Source of the DNA: Candidatus Latescibacterota bacterium
Lineage (GTDB): Bacteria > Latescibacterota > UBA2968 > GCA-2709665
Reading direction: 5' to 3'
NCBI GenBank assembly: GCA_965205485.1
Contig: OZ242180.1
Location: 3,712,001 to 3,776,000, forward strand
DNA: 64,000 bases
The notes beneath the pieces were generated by a model. It saw only the letters and a list, made by a program, of their open reading frames with translations, was not told the DNA's origin and made no database searches. The translations under genes and the position numbers were made by a program. Below are positions 40,371 to 50,644 of the stretch, piece by piece. The first letter of the stretch is position 1; every line of letters begins with the position of its first letter.

Positions 40371-42511
40371 TGTTGAAGGGCCGGTATAAAGGATTGGAAG
40401 AAAAGATCGATCATGCGCTGAAAGAGCGATCCGGCAGGACGGCGCTTTACCGGGCCATGAAACGCGGGCGGGACAGCCGGCACAAGGCGGTTGGCGCACT
40501 GCCCGGCGGCGAGGGGTTTCGTAATGCGGTTCGTTCCGTAAAGGTCCGGTGTCTCGATCAGCAGGATGAACTGGTGGACCGGTTTGCAGGAAAGGTGCGG
40601 GAGCGTGGCGCCATGGTATTCATGGCGAACGACGGGCCCGATGCGATTTCGTACATTCTGGACATTGTGAAGAAACGCGGCGCCAAAACCGTGGCCAAGT
40701 CCAAGTCTCTCACGAGCGAGGAAATCGAAGTGAATCATCCGCTGGAAGAGGCCGGCGTGGATGTGATCGAAACGGACCTGGGTGAGTTGATCATCCAGAA
40801 GGTGAACGAAAAGCCCTTTCATCTCGTCTTCCCCGCGGTACACAAGACGGCGGTGGAGGTGGCGGAGATCTTCCGGGAGGTAACGCAGCAGGACGTACCG
40901 CATGACGTCGACGCCATCATGAGGATCGTGCGCAAATATCTGCGTCCGATTTTTCTGAATGCCGATATCGGGATGACCGGGGCCAACGTGGGAGTTGCCG
41001 AGACCGGCGCCATCGTGATCGAGACGAATGAGGGCAACGCGCGGCTCGTATCCAGCATTCCGGACGTGCATATCTGCATCATGGGGCGTGAGAAGATCGT
41101 GGACACCGTGGAGGATGCGTTGCAGATGATGCTGGCGCATCCCATCAGCGCCGTGGGGCAGCATCTGACGACGTACGTGACCATGATGGGGGGGAGATCT
41201 CCGCTTGGCGCGGGGGAGGGACGGGGACCGAGGGAGTCGCACATCATCATACTGGACAACGGGCGCAGCAGGATGCGGGAAGATCCCCTGTTCAAGGATG
41301 CGTTGAATTGTATCCGCTGCGGCGCCTGTATGAATATCTGCCCCACCTACGGCGTGGTGGGCGGGCACACGTTTGGCTACATCTATCCGGGGCCGATCGG
41401 GATCCCCTGGACGTCGGAAGTTCATGGACTGGACAAGGCCGCCGAATTCGCGCCGCTCTGTGTTTCCTGCGGGCTTTGCAAGGAGATCTGTCCGGCCGGA
41501 ATCGATATTCCCATGATGATCGCCGGCGTGAAGGACCGGGACGGAGCGCAGAACGGGCATCCCCGTGTCAACCGGATTCTGATGGCCGCGGAGGGGATGG
41601 CGAAGTTCGGCTGCGCCACGGCGCCCTTCTCCAACTGGATGATGCGGAACGGGTTGTTCCGGTGGGCGATGGAGGCGTTCACGGGCATCGACCGGAGGCG
41701 GGCGCTGCCCCCGTTCCGGCGCCAGACGCTGCCAAAGTGGTTCAGGAAGCGCGGCGCGGTCAAGCGGTCGAAGGAACCGGTGCGCCAGGCGGTGTTCTTC
41801 GCGGATATATATGCGGCTTACAATGCGCCTGAACTGGGCCGGGCCGCGGTCTCGGCGCTGGAAGCGCTCGGGTGCGAAGTCATCTTGCCAAGGCAGCGCG
41901 GCAGCGGCTATCCCTATATCGGATACGGCGACCTTAAACGGGCGGAGAAGCTGGCTGACGAGAACGTACGCCTGATGATGCCCCACGTCGAGGCCGGGTA
42001 CGACGTTGTGGCCACCGAGCCGACTGCCGCATATTGTCTGAAGGTGTCGTATCCCAAGCTGCTCCACGGCCGCGCGGATGCCCAGGCGGTGGCCGACCGG
42101 ACGTACGAACTGTTCGCGTACCTGGAAATGCTCGAAAACCTCGCCGGCGGCGGTGAAGAGACGACCCTGTACGAGGGCCGCCGGTTCGGATTCCACGTCT
42201 CGTGCCACCAGCGGCCCCTGGATGCCGGCCGGCAGGCGATGGACTATCTGAGACGCCGCGGCGCCCAGGTCGAACTGGTTGAGACGGGGACATGCTGCGG
42301 TATGGCGGGGACCTTCGGGATGAAGAAAGGCATGCTGGGATACGAACTCTCGCAGGCCGTGGGAGAGCCGCTGTTCCAGGCCTTTCAGGAGGCGAATGTG
42401 GACACCATCGTCACCGAAAGCAGCGTGTGCGCCATCCACCTGCGCGAGGGCACGGGCATCAACGTCATCCATCCTCTGGAGTTGTTGATGGAGCAGGGTG
42501 GTACGGGTTAA
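40367..42511 (+). CDS. LutB-like LUD/4Fe-4S protein fused to CCG domains
   Basis: KSKSLTSEEI, ETDLGE, NEGNARL, CIRCGACMNICP, CCGMAGTFG. Confidence 0.9.
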   Translation: MMLKGRYKGLEEKIDHALKERSGRTALYRAMKRGRDSRHKAVGALPGGEGFRNAVRSVKVRCLDQQDELVDRFAGKVRERGAMVFMANDGPDAISYILDIVKKRGAKTVAKSKSLTSEEIEVNHPLEEAGVDVIETDLGELIIQKVNEKPFHLVFPAVHKTAVEVAEIFREVTQQDVPHDVDAIMRIVRKYLRPIFLNADIGMTGANVGVAETGAIVIETNEGNARLVSSIPDVHICIMGREKIVDTVEDALQMMLAHPISAVGQHLTTYVTMMGGRSPLGAGEGRGPRESHIIILDNGRSRMREDPLFKDALNCIRCGACMNICPTYGVVGGHTFGYIYPGPIGIPWTSEVHGLDKAAEFAPLCVSCGLCKEICPAGIDIPMMIAGVKDRDGAQNGHPRVNRILMAAEGMAKFGCATAPFSNWMMRNGLFRWAMEAFTGIDRRRALPPFRRQTLPKWFRKRGAVKRSKEPVRQAVFFADIYAAYNAPELGRAAVSALEALGCEVILPRQRGSGYPYIGYGDLKRAEKLADENVRLMMPHVEAGYDVVATEPTAAYCLKVSYPKLLHGRADAQAVADRTYELFAYLEMLENLAGGGEETTLYEGRRFGFHVSCHQRPLDAGRQAMDYLRRRGAQVELVETGTCCGMAGTFGMKKGMLGYELSQAVGEPLFQAFQEANVDTIVTESSVCAIHLREGTGINVIHPLELLMEQGGTG

Positions 42512-42542
42512 TTCATGAATGGGCAATTTCGTAGGTTGAACC

Positions 42543-42707
42543 AGTGTTTTGTCCCGAAAATAATTAGCCTGAATTCGACCGCCGAGTCGCCCGGCTCGCA
42601 AGGCGCCTGAGCGCAGGCGACCTGCGTATGGTCGGCGAGCGAGGGGAACGTAGTGAGACGGGATGAATCGGCGGTCGAATGGCGAGGTATTTTCGGGACA
42701 GGACACT
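42543..42707. mobile_element. MITE-like hairpin element (family B)
   Basis: TIRs AGTGTTTTGTCCCGAAAATA / TATTTTCGGGACAGGACACT plus inner arms ATTCGACCGCCGA / TCGGCGGTCGAAT. Confidence 0.75.
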
Positions 42708-42831
42708 AGGGGTCCATCGTTCCGATTAGACGCCTCAGGCTGTCGTGACCCTCGCATACCGTTGCACCGGACGCCGGTAGATGTTGAGAACGACTCATCC
42801 ATGCGGATAAGCGGGCGCTCACCGTACAGAC

Positions 42832-45576
42832 ATGGCCCGCGCGAAAAATATGACTGAAGACGTATCGAAACCGCGTACTGAAGTCGATGAGCGGGATGCT
42901 GTGCCTGCCGGCAGCGTCAGATCCGCCGTAAGGTTTCTGTGCGACTATTCCAATACGCTGTCTTTGCGAGGAAATGTCGAGGAGGCCAGGAAAAGCGCGC
43001 AGGATGCGTGGTCGCTGATTTCAGACGACATTCCCGGTGAGAAGGCGCTCGTTCTGTGCCAGTTCGGTATCCTGAATGCCCGTTCCCGTTTGTACGAAGA
43101 CGCCGAACGGGCATTTCTCGATGCGATTGCAATCTACAGCAAGCTCGGACCGGTGAAGAAGGAAATCGAAGCGAGGGGATGGCTCGCCGACCTTTATGTA
43201 CGGATGGAGCGACGGGCGGAAGCCAGGGCGCAGTTTGGGCGCATATCAGGACATTACGGACAGTCCGATGACGCAATGAGCATGTCGAAAGCCAGCTATT
43301 TCAGAGCATGTATCGCACATTTGGACGAACGCCTTGGGGATGCGCATGCAGGGTTCCAATCTGCTCTGCAACAGTGGGATAAGGAGGGGAGCGGGCACGG
43401 GCACATCGGCGATATGAATCTGATGGGAACGACGGCCTTTCAAACCGGGAATTTCAAACGCGCAGAATACATCTTCCGCGTACAGATGGATTCAGACGGG
43501 GATTGGAGGCGAACCGCGACGGAAGGCGTGAGCCAGTTTTACCTCGGCTCGATTGCGCTGGGGAGAAACGATGCTAAAACCGCGGTTGTGTACGGAAAAA
43601 AGGCAGTGGAGATTCTGTCTCACGTAAAGGACGCCTATCAACTTTACTGGGCATGCGGACTGCTGGCTGAGGCTCACGCAGCTTTGGGCGATGGGAACGA
43701 GGCGGTGAAGTGGGCGGAGAGAGCCCGGCCCGGTACCCGTGTGGAAGGCGAAACCCCTTCCGTGGCGTGGCGCGGGATCGGCGTTGCGTTAGCGGCCGCG
43801 AAGCGTTTCAAGGAAGCCGAGGACGCCTTCGAGCGGGCGATCAGGTGCAGTGAGGCAAACCGGCGGTTTGAATGGTGCAGGTCGCTGCTGGCGTCGGGTC
43901 GATTCTGCATGGAGCACGGGAACAGGGAGATGGCGCGCCAGCGGCTTGAGGCGGCGCAACGCAAGGCGACGGAACTGCAGACACCCTACTATGCGCGTCA
44001 GGCGTCGAAACTGCTTGCCAGCTTGGCCCGGCTGGCGGGTCGACCTGGAACCTCGGGTTCGCCGGCGCATCGTCCTGCCCTGGACAGAATTGCGGCGGTC
44101 TCCGACCTTGCAGCGGTTCTGGGGCGGGGCCTTGATCTGACGTTACTGATGAACAGGACCGTGGACATTTGTCTGGAGGTCCTGGGCGCGGAATCGGCCG
44201 TGGTCGTATTGAAGGACACCGCATCTGGAGCATTGCGTACCGAAGCCGCACGGTCTCGAGAGGGCAAAAACGACGCGACAGATGCCATTTCCCGGGACGT
44301 GATCCGCCGGGTGATCGAGAACAACAAGCCGTTTTTTGGCGCAGAAGCCGAGGCGGAAATGCTCATCGAGAAACGGCAGCGCGGTTTCGACTTCGACCGC
44401 CACCAGGTGGCATGCATACCACTATACCGGTCAGAATCAGGATCGCCGGGGGCCTTGTATCTGGAACTTCGCGGTACCGGCAGGGGAATTTCCGAAGCAG
44501 ACCGCAGGTTCCTGGACGCGCTGGCCGGCATCCTGTCGGTGGGCGTGGTTCAAGCCCGAATGAGAAGCAGACTGATGGAACGTACACTGTACAGGGAGCG
44601 CGATCCGACCGGACGGAAGGAACTCGGCGGGCTCATTGGCGCCAGTCAGGCGATGCAGACGGTCTATCGTCTGATCGAGCTGGCCGCCCGTACGGATGTG
44701 CCGGTCCTCATACTGGGCGAAACGGGAACGGGAAAGGAATTGGCTGCCCGCGCGGTTCACGAAAACAGCGGCCTCCGGAATCGCCTGTTTTTGACTCAGA
44801 ATTGCGGAACGCTGTCCGGAGAATTGATTCATAGCGAGTTGTTCGGTCACAAGAGAGGATCGTTTACGGGCGCCGTGTCGGATCGTGCGGGGCTGTTTGA
44901 GACAGCGCATGGCGGCACAGTCTTTCTCGATGAGATCGCGGACGCGGCGCCGCAGACCCAGGCCAGCCTGCTCCGGGTGCTGCAGAACGGCGAACTCCGG
45001 CGCCTGGGAGAGAGTACAATGCGCAGTGTAGACGTCCGGGTCATTGCGGCGACGAATTCGGACCTGGAAAAGGCGGTATCACGAGGGACGTTCAGGAAAG
45101 ATCTCTTCTATCGGCTCCAGGTGTTGACCATCGACATGCCGGCGCTGAGGGACAGGAAGGACGATATTCCGCTGTTGGCAGGGCATCTCCTGCGCAACGC
45201 CGCACGTGATACCGGGAGGTCCATGACGGGTTTCACGGCGGGCGCGCTGAAGGCATTGGTGAAATACGACTGGCCGGGTAATGTACGCCAGCTGGACAAC
45301 GAGATACGCCGCGCTGTAGCGCTCGCCGAGAATGGGGGTATTCTCGATGTGGGATTGCTCTCTAAGCGCATACGCGATGAGACGGGTGGGGCAAATGAAC
45401 CGTCAGGTACCCTGCAAGCGATTCTGCAATCGGTCGAAAAACGGTATCTCTCTCAGGTGCTCGACAAGAACAACGGGCACATCACGCGATCCGCATTGGA
45501 ACTGGGCCTTTCGCGTTCCGGTTTGTACAAGAAAATGGATCGCCACGGCCTCAGCGCCCGGGTTCACGCCGGTTGA
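42832..45576 (+). CDS. sigma54 enhancer-binding protein, TPR-GAF-AAA+-HTH
   Basis: About 400 aa of TPR-like helices, GAF-like region, GETGTGKE, GSFTGA, FLDEI, WPGNVRQL, HTH. Confidence 0.9.
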   Translation: MARAKNMTEDVSKPRTEVDERDAVPAGSVRSAVRFLCDYSNTLSLRGNVEEARKSAQDAWSLISDDIPGEKALVLCQFGILNARSRLYEDAERAFLDAIAIYSKLGPVKKEIEARGWLADLYVRMERRAEARAQFGRISGHYGQSDDAMSMSKASYFRACIAHLDERLGDAHAGFQSALQQWDKEGSGHGHIGDMNLMGTTAFQTGNFKRAEYIFRVQMDSDGDWRRTATEGVSQFYLGSIALGRNDAKTAVVYGKKAVEILSHVKDAYQLYWACGLLAEAHAALGDGNEAVKWAERARPGTRVEGETPSVAWRGIGVALAAAKRFKEAEDAFERAIRCSEANRRFEWCRSLLASGRFCMEHGNREMARQRLEAAQRKATELQTPYYARQASKLLASLARLAGRPGTSGSPAHRPALDRIAAVSDLAAVLGRGLDLTLLMNRTVDICLEVLGAESAVVVLKDTASGALRTEAARSREGKNDATDAISRDVIRRVIENNKPFFGAEAEAEMLIEKRQRGFDFDRHQVACIPLYRSESGSPGALYLELRGTGRGISEADRRFLDALAGILSVGVVQARMRSRLMERTLYRERDPTGRKELGGLIGASQAMQTVYRLIELAARTDVPVLILGETGTGKELAARAVHENSGLRNRLFLTQNCGTLSGELIHSELFGHKRGSFTGAVSDRAGLFETAHGGTVFLDEIADAAPQTQASLLRVLQNGELRRLGESTMRSVDVRVIAATNSDLEKAVSRGTFRKDLFYRLQVLTIDMPALRDRKDDIPLLAGHLLRNAARDTGRSMTGFTAGALKALVKYDWPGNVRQLDNEIRRAVALAENGGILDVGLLSKRIRDETGGANEPSGTLQAILQSVEKRYLSQVLDKNNGHITRSALELGLSRSGLYKKMDRHGLSARVHAG

Positions 45577-45599
45577 CAGGCGGTCAAGTACTGATTCGT

Positions 45600-45820
45600 C
45601 GTCGACTCGCGTAGACAGTCGAAATACGATGTATTTTCAACAGGTTATGTGCACGAATGGGGTTGTGGCGCTTTCCGGTGAACAATGTGTCTACACAGGT
45701 AAACACCGGATGGAACGTGAACAACCTGGTTGCATCTGAAGACTGAATTTTCAAACCGTTGTTTTAAAAGCGCCTGCGATGAATCGGGGGGCTTTTTTGT
45801 TTTCCGGTACGATGTTTGCA
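45600..45820 (+). promoter_or_regulatory. sigma54 promoter with enhancer- and IHF-like sites
   Basis: CGGTACGATGTTTGCA (45805-20); dyads at 45600-17 and 45688-705; IHF-like sites at 45635 and 45749. Confidence 0.65.
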
Positions 45821-45922
45821 CACAAGACGCTGTTGTATCGCGTACACATAATTTGCCGGCTTACCCATCGCTAAACAGGTCGTTCCCTTACCCGACAGGA
45901 AGGGCGGACCAGGCTTCGAGAA

Positions 45923-46948
45923 ATGCCCGGGAGTTCCTGCTGCAGTACCGACACGATGGTGGGCGTTCATCCCGCATTCGTCGCGGTGCGTACATTTGCG
46001 CGCCGGGCCGGTGAGAGCGATCTGCCCGTGCTGGTTACCGGCGAGTCCGGGACGGGGAAGGAGCTGATAGCCCGTGAGATCCACGACTGCAGTCCCCGTG
46101 TGGACGCTCCATTTGTGGTTGTGGACTGTGGCATGCTGGGGATGGAGATGGGACGGAGCGAACTGTTCGGGCATGTCCGGGGAGCGTTCACCGGCGCAAC
46201 GGAGTCTCGTCCGGGACTGGTTGGGGTCGCACACGGCGGCACACTCTTTTTCGACGAAGTGGGTGAGCTCGATGAACCCCTTCAGCGGCAGTTGCTTCGG
46301 CTGATTCAGGAAGGCGAATACCGGATGGTCGGCGATCACAGATGGAAAAGGGCGGGCGTCCGGGTCGTCGCGGCGACGAACAGGGACCTGAAGCAGGGGT
46401 TGGAAGCGGGGCGGTTTCGAAACGACCTGTATTTCCGCCTTCGGGTAATCCAGCTCCAATTGCCCCCTCTGAGGGAACGCAGGAGCGACATTCCGCTTCT
46501 GGTTTCCCATTTTCTGGAGCGGTTCGCCCACGTTGGAAGACGAACCTGCAGAGTGTCCCCGGAATCATACGCCCTGCTGGAAGGTTATGATTGGCCTGGA
46601 AACATCAGAGAACTCGCGCATGCAATCGCGGGCGCGATGGCGCTTGCCGAGGGAGATGTCATCGGGCCCCATGACCTTCCTGCGGAGGTCCGGGACGCGG
46701 AGAACGGACCGGACCGCGGCATCTACAATCTGCCCTACAAGGACGCGCGCAGGATCTGCATGGACGGATTCACACGAGAGTACCTGCATCGGGCACTCGT
46801 CAGCACGGACGGAAACGTGTCGCGGGCTGCCCGAAAGAGCGGAATCGGGCGCCAGTATTTTCAGCACCGCATGTCGGAACACGGAATGACCGCCGCCCAA
46901 TACAAGAGAGGAGGATACGATGCGCAGGCCGACGCGGATGAAGAGTAA
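45923..46948 (+). CDS. sigma54 enhancer-binding protein lacking a sensory domain (AAA+-HTH)
   Basis: GESGTGKE about 40 aa from the start; GAFTGA, FFDEVG, C-terminal HTH. Confidence 0.92.
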   Translation: MPGSSCCSTDTMVGVHPAFVAVRTFARRAGESDLPVLVTGESGTGKELIAREIHDCSPRVDAPFVVVDCGMLGMEMGRSELFGHVRGAFTGATESRPGLVGVAHGGTLFFDEVGELDEPLQRQLLRLIQEGEYRMVGDHRWKRAGVRVVAATNRDLKQGLEAGRFRNDLYFRLRVIQLQLPPLRERRSDIPLLVSHFLERFAHVGRRTCRVSPESYALLEGYDWPGNIRELAHAIAGAMALAEGDVIGPHDLPAEVRDAENGPDRGIYNLPYKDARRICMDGFTREYLHRALVSTDGNVSRAARKSGIGRQYFQHRMSEHGMTAAQYKRGGYDAQADADEE

Positions 46949-47045
46949 TCAGGAGATCAGTCTGGCTGACGCACTTGCCCTTGAGACAGTCACTCGATAT
47001 ATTACTACTACCGCATCAGGACTGCGGAAAAAGCAAGGGAAGGAT

Positions 47046-47228
47046 ATGGACTCTGGCGCAATGTTGTCTTTCGGCGGCGTTATTATTGCCTCGTTTCTTG
47101 CAAGTGTTGGCTTATTTTGGAGAATCTTTGCAAGAACGGAAGACAAGCTGGATTGTCTGGATCGTCGATTATCAAGAATTGAGGGCAAAAAAGAATCTGA
47201 AGCTACCGTTACTGATTGTCACCCTTGA
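47046..47228 (+). CDS. Small TM plus coiled-coil protein
   Basis: GGAAGGA RBS; MDSGAMLSFGGVIIASFLASVGLFW then TEDKLDCLDRRLSRIEG. Confidence 0.55.
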   Translation: MDSGAMLSFGGVIIASFLASVGLFWRIFARTEDKLDCLDRRLSRIEGKKESEATVTDCHP

Positions 47229-47307
47229 CGCAGCACCGAAAATCTCCTGGATTCTCCAACGGAAGACCGGTTCCTGGCATTAGGAACATAGACTGGATAT
47301 CACCGCC

Positions 47308-47622
47308 ATGAATGTAAACAAGGAAGTTTCCGGTTTTTTGAAAGATATAGTTGTCCCAATTGCAATTGCTGTCTCTACAACGATAGTTGGCATAGCAGGC
47401 CTGGTCTATTACATCACGAACAGTTCCGAATCGAGACTCATGATTTCTATGAACGAAATGAAGGATGACTTCAAGAGAGAATTCGACGAGGTGAAACAGG
47501 GGATCACCAATATCAATACTAAATTAGATGAATTCCAAAGAAGAATCACCGAAAACGAAACCAGAATTGATGTAATTGCGAAAAGATTGGATTTGCCGGG
47601 AACCGTGAACTTTGATCCATAA
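47308..47622 (+). CDS. TM plus coiled-coil protein
   Basis: Hydrophobic N-terminal helix, then heptads FDEVKQGITNINTKLDEFQRRITENETRI. Confidence 0.7.
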   Translation: MNVNKEVSGFLKDIVVPIAIAVSTTIVGIAGLVYYITNSSESRLMISMNEMKDDFKREFDEVKQGITNINTKLDEFQRRITENETRIDVIAKRLDLPGTVNFDP

Positions 47623-47892
47623 TACCTCACCGAAAAACCCATACCGTCTAAATGACACCGCGAGGACATTGGCCGTCCTCGCGGTTTTTCTTCACGAATA
47701 TCAGATTCCTGAAACAGAATCAGGTTCTTTTGTTTCGAAACAGCCGTACTATATAAGCCCCGTTTTTCCAACGGCTTGAAAAAGTCCATCCGAACTTGAT
47801 TCACAAGGCTCCAATTGTAAACCGGTGCTTTTTTCAAAAACAAAACCGGTGTTGATACTTGACAGTTCCTTACGCAGTAACTACTCTAGATT

Positions 47893-48411
47893 ATGACTAA
47901 GAGAGAATTTATAACGTCTACCTGGAAGTACTTCGTTGTCTTGGCAGTCGGTCTAGGGTTTATTGTCGATTATCGGTCAGTTCGGTCGCAGATCGGCGAT
48001 ATTTTCCCGGTAATTTCGGCATTTCTCCCCTTAATTGGATTGGCGGTAGCGACATATGCCTGTGGTTGGATATTCAAGGCAGGTTTGCAATACGCAATGG
48101 CCAATCGACCGGCAGCTAAATTTGGCAATCTCAAAAATGACATACGTATCTGGCGCGATACATTTAGAACGTATCGAATTGACGTATCGTCCTCCTTCTA
48201 CGGGCGTGCCGATGAGTCTACCCTGGTTCGATTGCGTGACAGCTTGCTGAATATTAGATATGAATTCGATCGTCTAGGTATTCGGTACCCATCCTTAGCG
48301 GGAGAAGGCCTTGAATGGGCTGACGTATGGATCGAATTTCTTTCTGTAATCGCGGTATTGTCCGAGAAAGCCGACCTGAAGCAAGCCAGAAAGTACACCC
48401 GTGAAATGTAA
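47893..48411 (+). CDS. Hypothetical membrane protein
   Basis: 172-aa ORF with two N-terminal TM helices; low GC. Confidence 0.65.
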   Translation: MTKREFITSTWKYFVVLAVGLGFIVDYRSVRSQIGDIFPVISAFLPLIGLAVATYACGWIFKAGLQYAMANRPAAKFGNLKNDIRIWRDTFRTYRIDVSSSFYGRADESTLVRLRDSLLNIRYEFDRLGIRYPSLAGEGLEWADVWIEFLSVIAVLSEKADLKQARKYTREM

Positions 48412-48487
48412 ATTGCTTGATAATTAAGTCGACCTTTAGAGACACGCGTTCGTTTTCTAGTCGAAATACAATACGGAAGGAGTTAAG

Positions 48488-49549
48488 GTGCCAAAGTTCA
48501 AGCCCGATGTCTTGCGCGGGGTGGGGTATACGTTGTTTCGGGCGGCCGGGTGCCGCGAAGAGGACGCGCGTACGGTTGTGGACCACCTGGTGGACTCCAA
48601 CCTGTTCGGGCACGACTCCCACGGTGCCATACGATTCTACGAGTATGCGAAGGCGGTGCAGGACGGCCGGTTCAATCCGAATGCATCTCCCGAAGTGGTG
48701 AGCGAGCGCGCATGTACCGCCGTGGTGGACGGCGGCGGGGCGATGGGGCAGGTGGGGGCGACGTTCGCGACCCGGTTGGCGATGGAAAAAGCCCGCCGGA
48801 GCGGCGTGGCGACCGTGGCATTGCGCAATACGAGCCACATCGGGCGGGTGGGCGCGTACCCGCTGATGGTTGCGAAGGAGGGGATGATCGGGCAGATCTT
48901 CGTGAACGCCGGCAGGCTGGGATATCAGATCGTGCCGTTCGGCGGCATCGACGGACGTTTGAGTACGAATCCGATCGCATTCGCCGCGCCTCGACGGGAC
49001 GCGGATCCGATCCTCGTGGATATGACCACGTCGATCGTGGCCGAGGGCAAAATCCGGCTGGCGATCAACCAGGGCGTCCAGGTGCCGGAAGGATGGCTGA
49101 TCGACGGGAAGGGTGAGCCGACCACGGAGCCGAATGACTTCAAGGACGACCCGCCGGGCGCCATCTTGCCGCTGGGGGGTGACGCGGGTCACAAGGGATA
49201 CGGATTGAGCATTATGGTCGAACTGCTCGGCGGGGCGCTGAGCGGCCAGGGGTGCGCTGCGGGGGACCGCGAGATGATCAGCAACGGCGTGCTGATCAAT
49301 GCATACGATATCGAGCACTTCACGGATACGGAGACATTCTACGACGAGGTGGAAGTCCTGATGCGCCACGTGAAATCCAGCCGCCTCGCATCGGGGTTCG
49401 ATGAAATCCTCGCCCCGGGCGAACCGGAGTTCCGGACCGCCGAGCGCCGCGCAACGGAAGGCATCGACGTGGACGACCGGACGTGGGAAACGGTTTGTGA
49501 AATCGGGGCGGAATTCGGGGTGGACCTGGCGGAGATGGGGGAGGGTTGA
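48488..49549 (+). CDS. Ldh_2 family (malate/L-lactate/ureidoglycolate) dehydrogenase
   Basis: GHDSHG, SHIGRVG, STNPIAFAAP, DMTTS, GHKGYGL, PGEPE. Confidence 0.93.
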   Translation: MPKFKPDVLRGVGYTLFRAAGCREEDARTVVDHLVDSNLFGHDSHGAIRFYEYAKAVQDGRFNPNASPEVVSERACTAVVDGGGAMGQVGATFATRLAMEKARRSGVATVALRNTSHIGRVGAYPLMVAKEGMIGQIFVNAGRLGYQIVPFGGIDGRLSTNPIAFAAPRRDADPILVDMTTSIVAEGKIRLAINQGVQVPEGWLIDGKGEPTTEPNDFKDDPPGAILPLGGDAGHKGYGLSIMVELLGGALSGQGCAAGDREMISNGVLINAYDIEHFTDTETFYDEVEVLMRHVKSSRLASGFDEILAPGEPEFRTAERRATEGIDVDDRTWETVCEIGAEFGVDLAEMGEG

Positions 49550-49554
49550 GTCTT

Positions 49555-49645
49555 GGCTGACGATCGTCCTAACGCGGCCAGCCGATGATTAGGCCAATTT
49601 GGCCGCCTGGCAGCCCCGGTTTCCGGATTTCCGAAAACTCCTGGA
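49555..49645 (+). mobile_element. Degenerate IS21-like left-end remnant
   Basis: Two 25-bp units inverted relative to the 51.8 and 53.3 kb arrays, followed by GGTTTCCGGATTTCCG resembling the subterminal part of the 53.3 kb end. Confidence 0.5.
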
Positions 49646-49726
49646 GATGCAATTGACTTTCCACCCTGATCCCGTATCTTTTTTGCACGGAGCCATCCCA
49701 CTCCCCAGGGCCCCGGAGCATTCCGA

Positions 49727-50644
49727 ATGGCGCAATTCGATGCGATTTCCAAACACCTGATTCAAACTTATCCTCACGATTTCGCCGGTTTCACCCTCGG
49801 GCGAGAGGACGTCGAGGTTCTTGAAGTCATTGATACTGAGCAGCTCACGGTCTCGGCAAGCCGCGCCGACAGCCTCATTCGCGTCCGTGTTGATGGCTTT
49901 GAGGCATTGGTACATAACGAATTTCAAACGACTGACAGTACGAATCCGGACATGCCGCGACGCATGGCCGGTTATATCGGGCGGGCCATCGAACGTCACG
50001 GTGTGGCCGTCTACTCGAGCGTCATCTACCTGCGACAGGATGCCGGTAAACGGGATCCGGGTCAATACCTTCAGTCGCATCCCGTCTACCGTGTGCACGT
50101 GCAGTACAGAGTGATCCGGCTGAGTGAACTGGATGGTCAAGAGATTCTCGATGCAGGACACGCGGGGCTGATCGCCCTTGCTCCGTTGATGAGGCCACCA
50201 CACGGAATGGCTTCACGGGCATGGTTACGCCACTGTATGCACACGGCTCAGGCGCGGCCAATGGCTACGCATGCCAAAGCCGACTTCCTGGCCGGCATGT
50301 CGCTGCTGAGCGGGTTGGTGTACGCGCCGGAAACGATCTCTGATATTGTTTTGAAGGAGGGCATGATGGACGTCATACGCGAATCATCCTTTGCACAATA
50401 CCTCACCCGACAGGGCATAGAACAAGGCATAGAACAAGGTATAGAACAAGGCATAGAGCAAGGGCTCCAGGAAAGTATCCTCGCTGTACTGGAGACTCGA
50501 TTCGGTCTTCCTTCGCCGCATCCTCTGACTGCTCGCATTGAGACGATTGACAACGTCCAACGCCTGAAGGCGTTGCTTCGCGCAGCGGTCCAGGTTTCCA
50601 GTCCGGAGGAATTCGGGCAATCGTTGGATCGGGAACAGTCCTGA
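49727..50644 (+). CDS. Rpn/YhgA-like PD-(D/E)XK nuclease (putative transposase family)
   Basis: FDAISKHL, RADSL...HNEFQT...MPRRMAGY, C-terminal (GIEQ)4 repeats. Confidence 0.85.
   Translation: MAQFDAISKHLIQTYPHDFAGFTLGREDVEVLEVIDTEQLTVSASRADSLIRVRVDGFEALVHNEFQTTDSTNPDMPRRMAGYIGRAIERHGVAVYSSVIYLRQDAGKRDPGQYLQSHPVYRVHVQYRVIRLSELDGQEILDAGHAGLIALAPLMRPPHGMASRAWLRHCMHTAQARPMATHAKADFLAGMSLLSGLVYAPETISDIVLKEGMMDVIRESSFAQYLTRQGIEQGIEQGIEQGIEQGLQESILAVLETRFGLPSPHPLTARIETIDNVQRLKALLRAAVQVSSPEEFGQSLDREQS
50414..50461 (+). repeat. 12-bp tandem repeat x4 (GIEQ)
   Basis: GGCATAGAACAA units. Confidence 0.9.
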
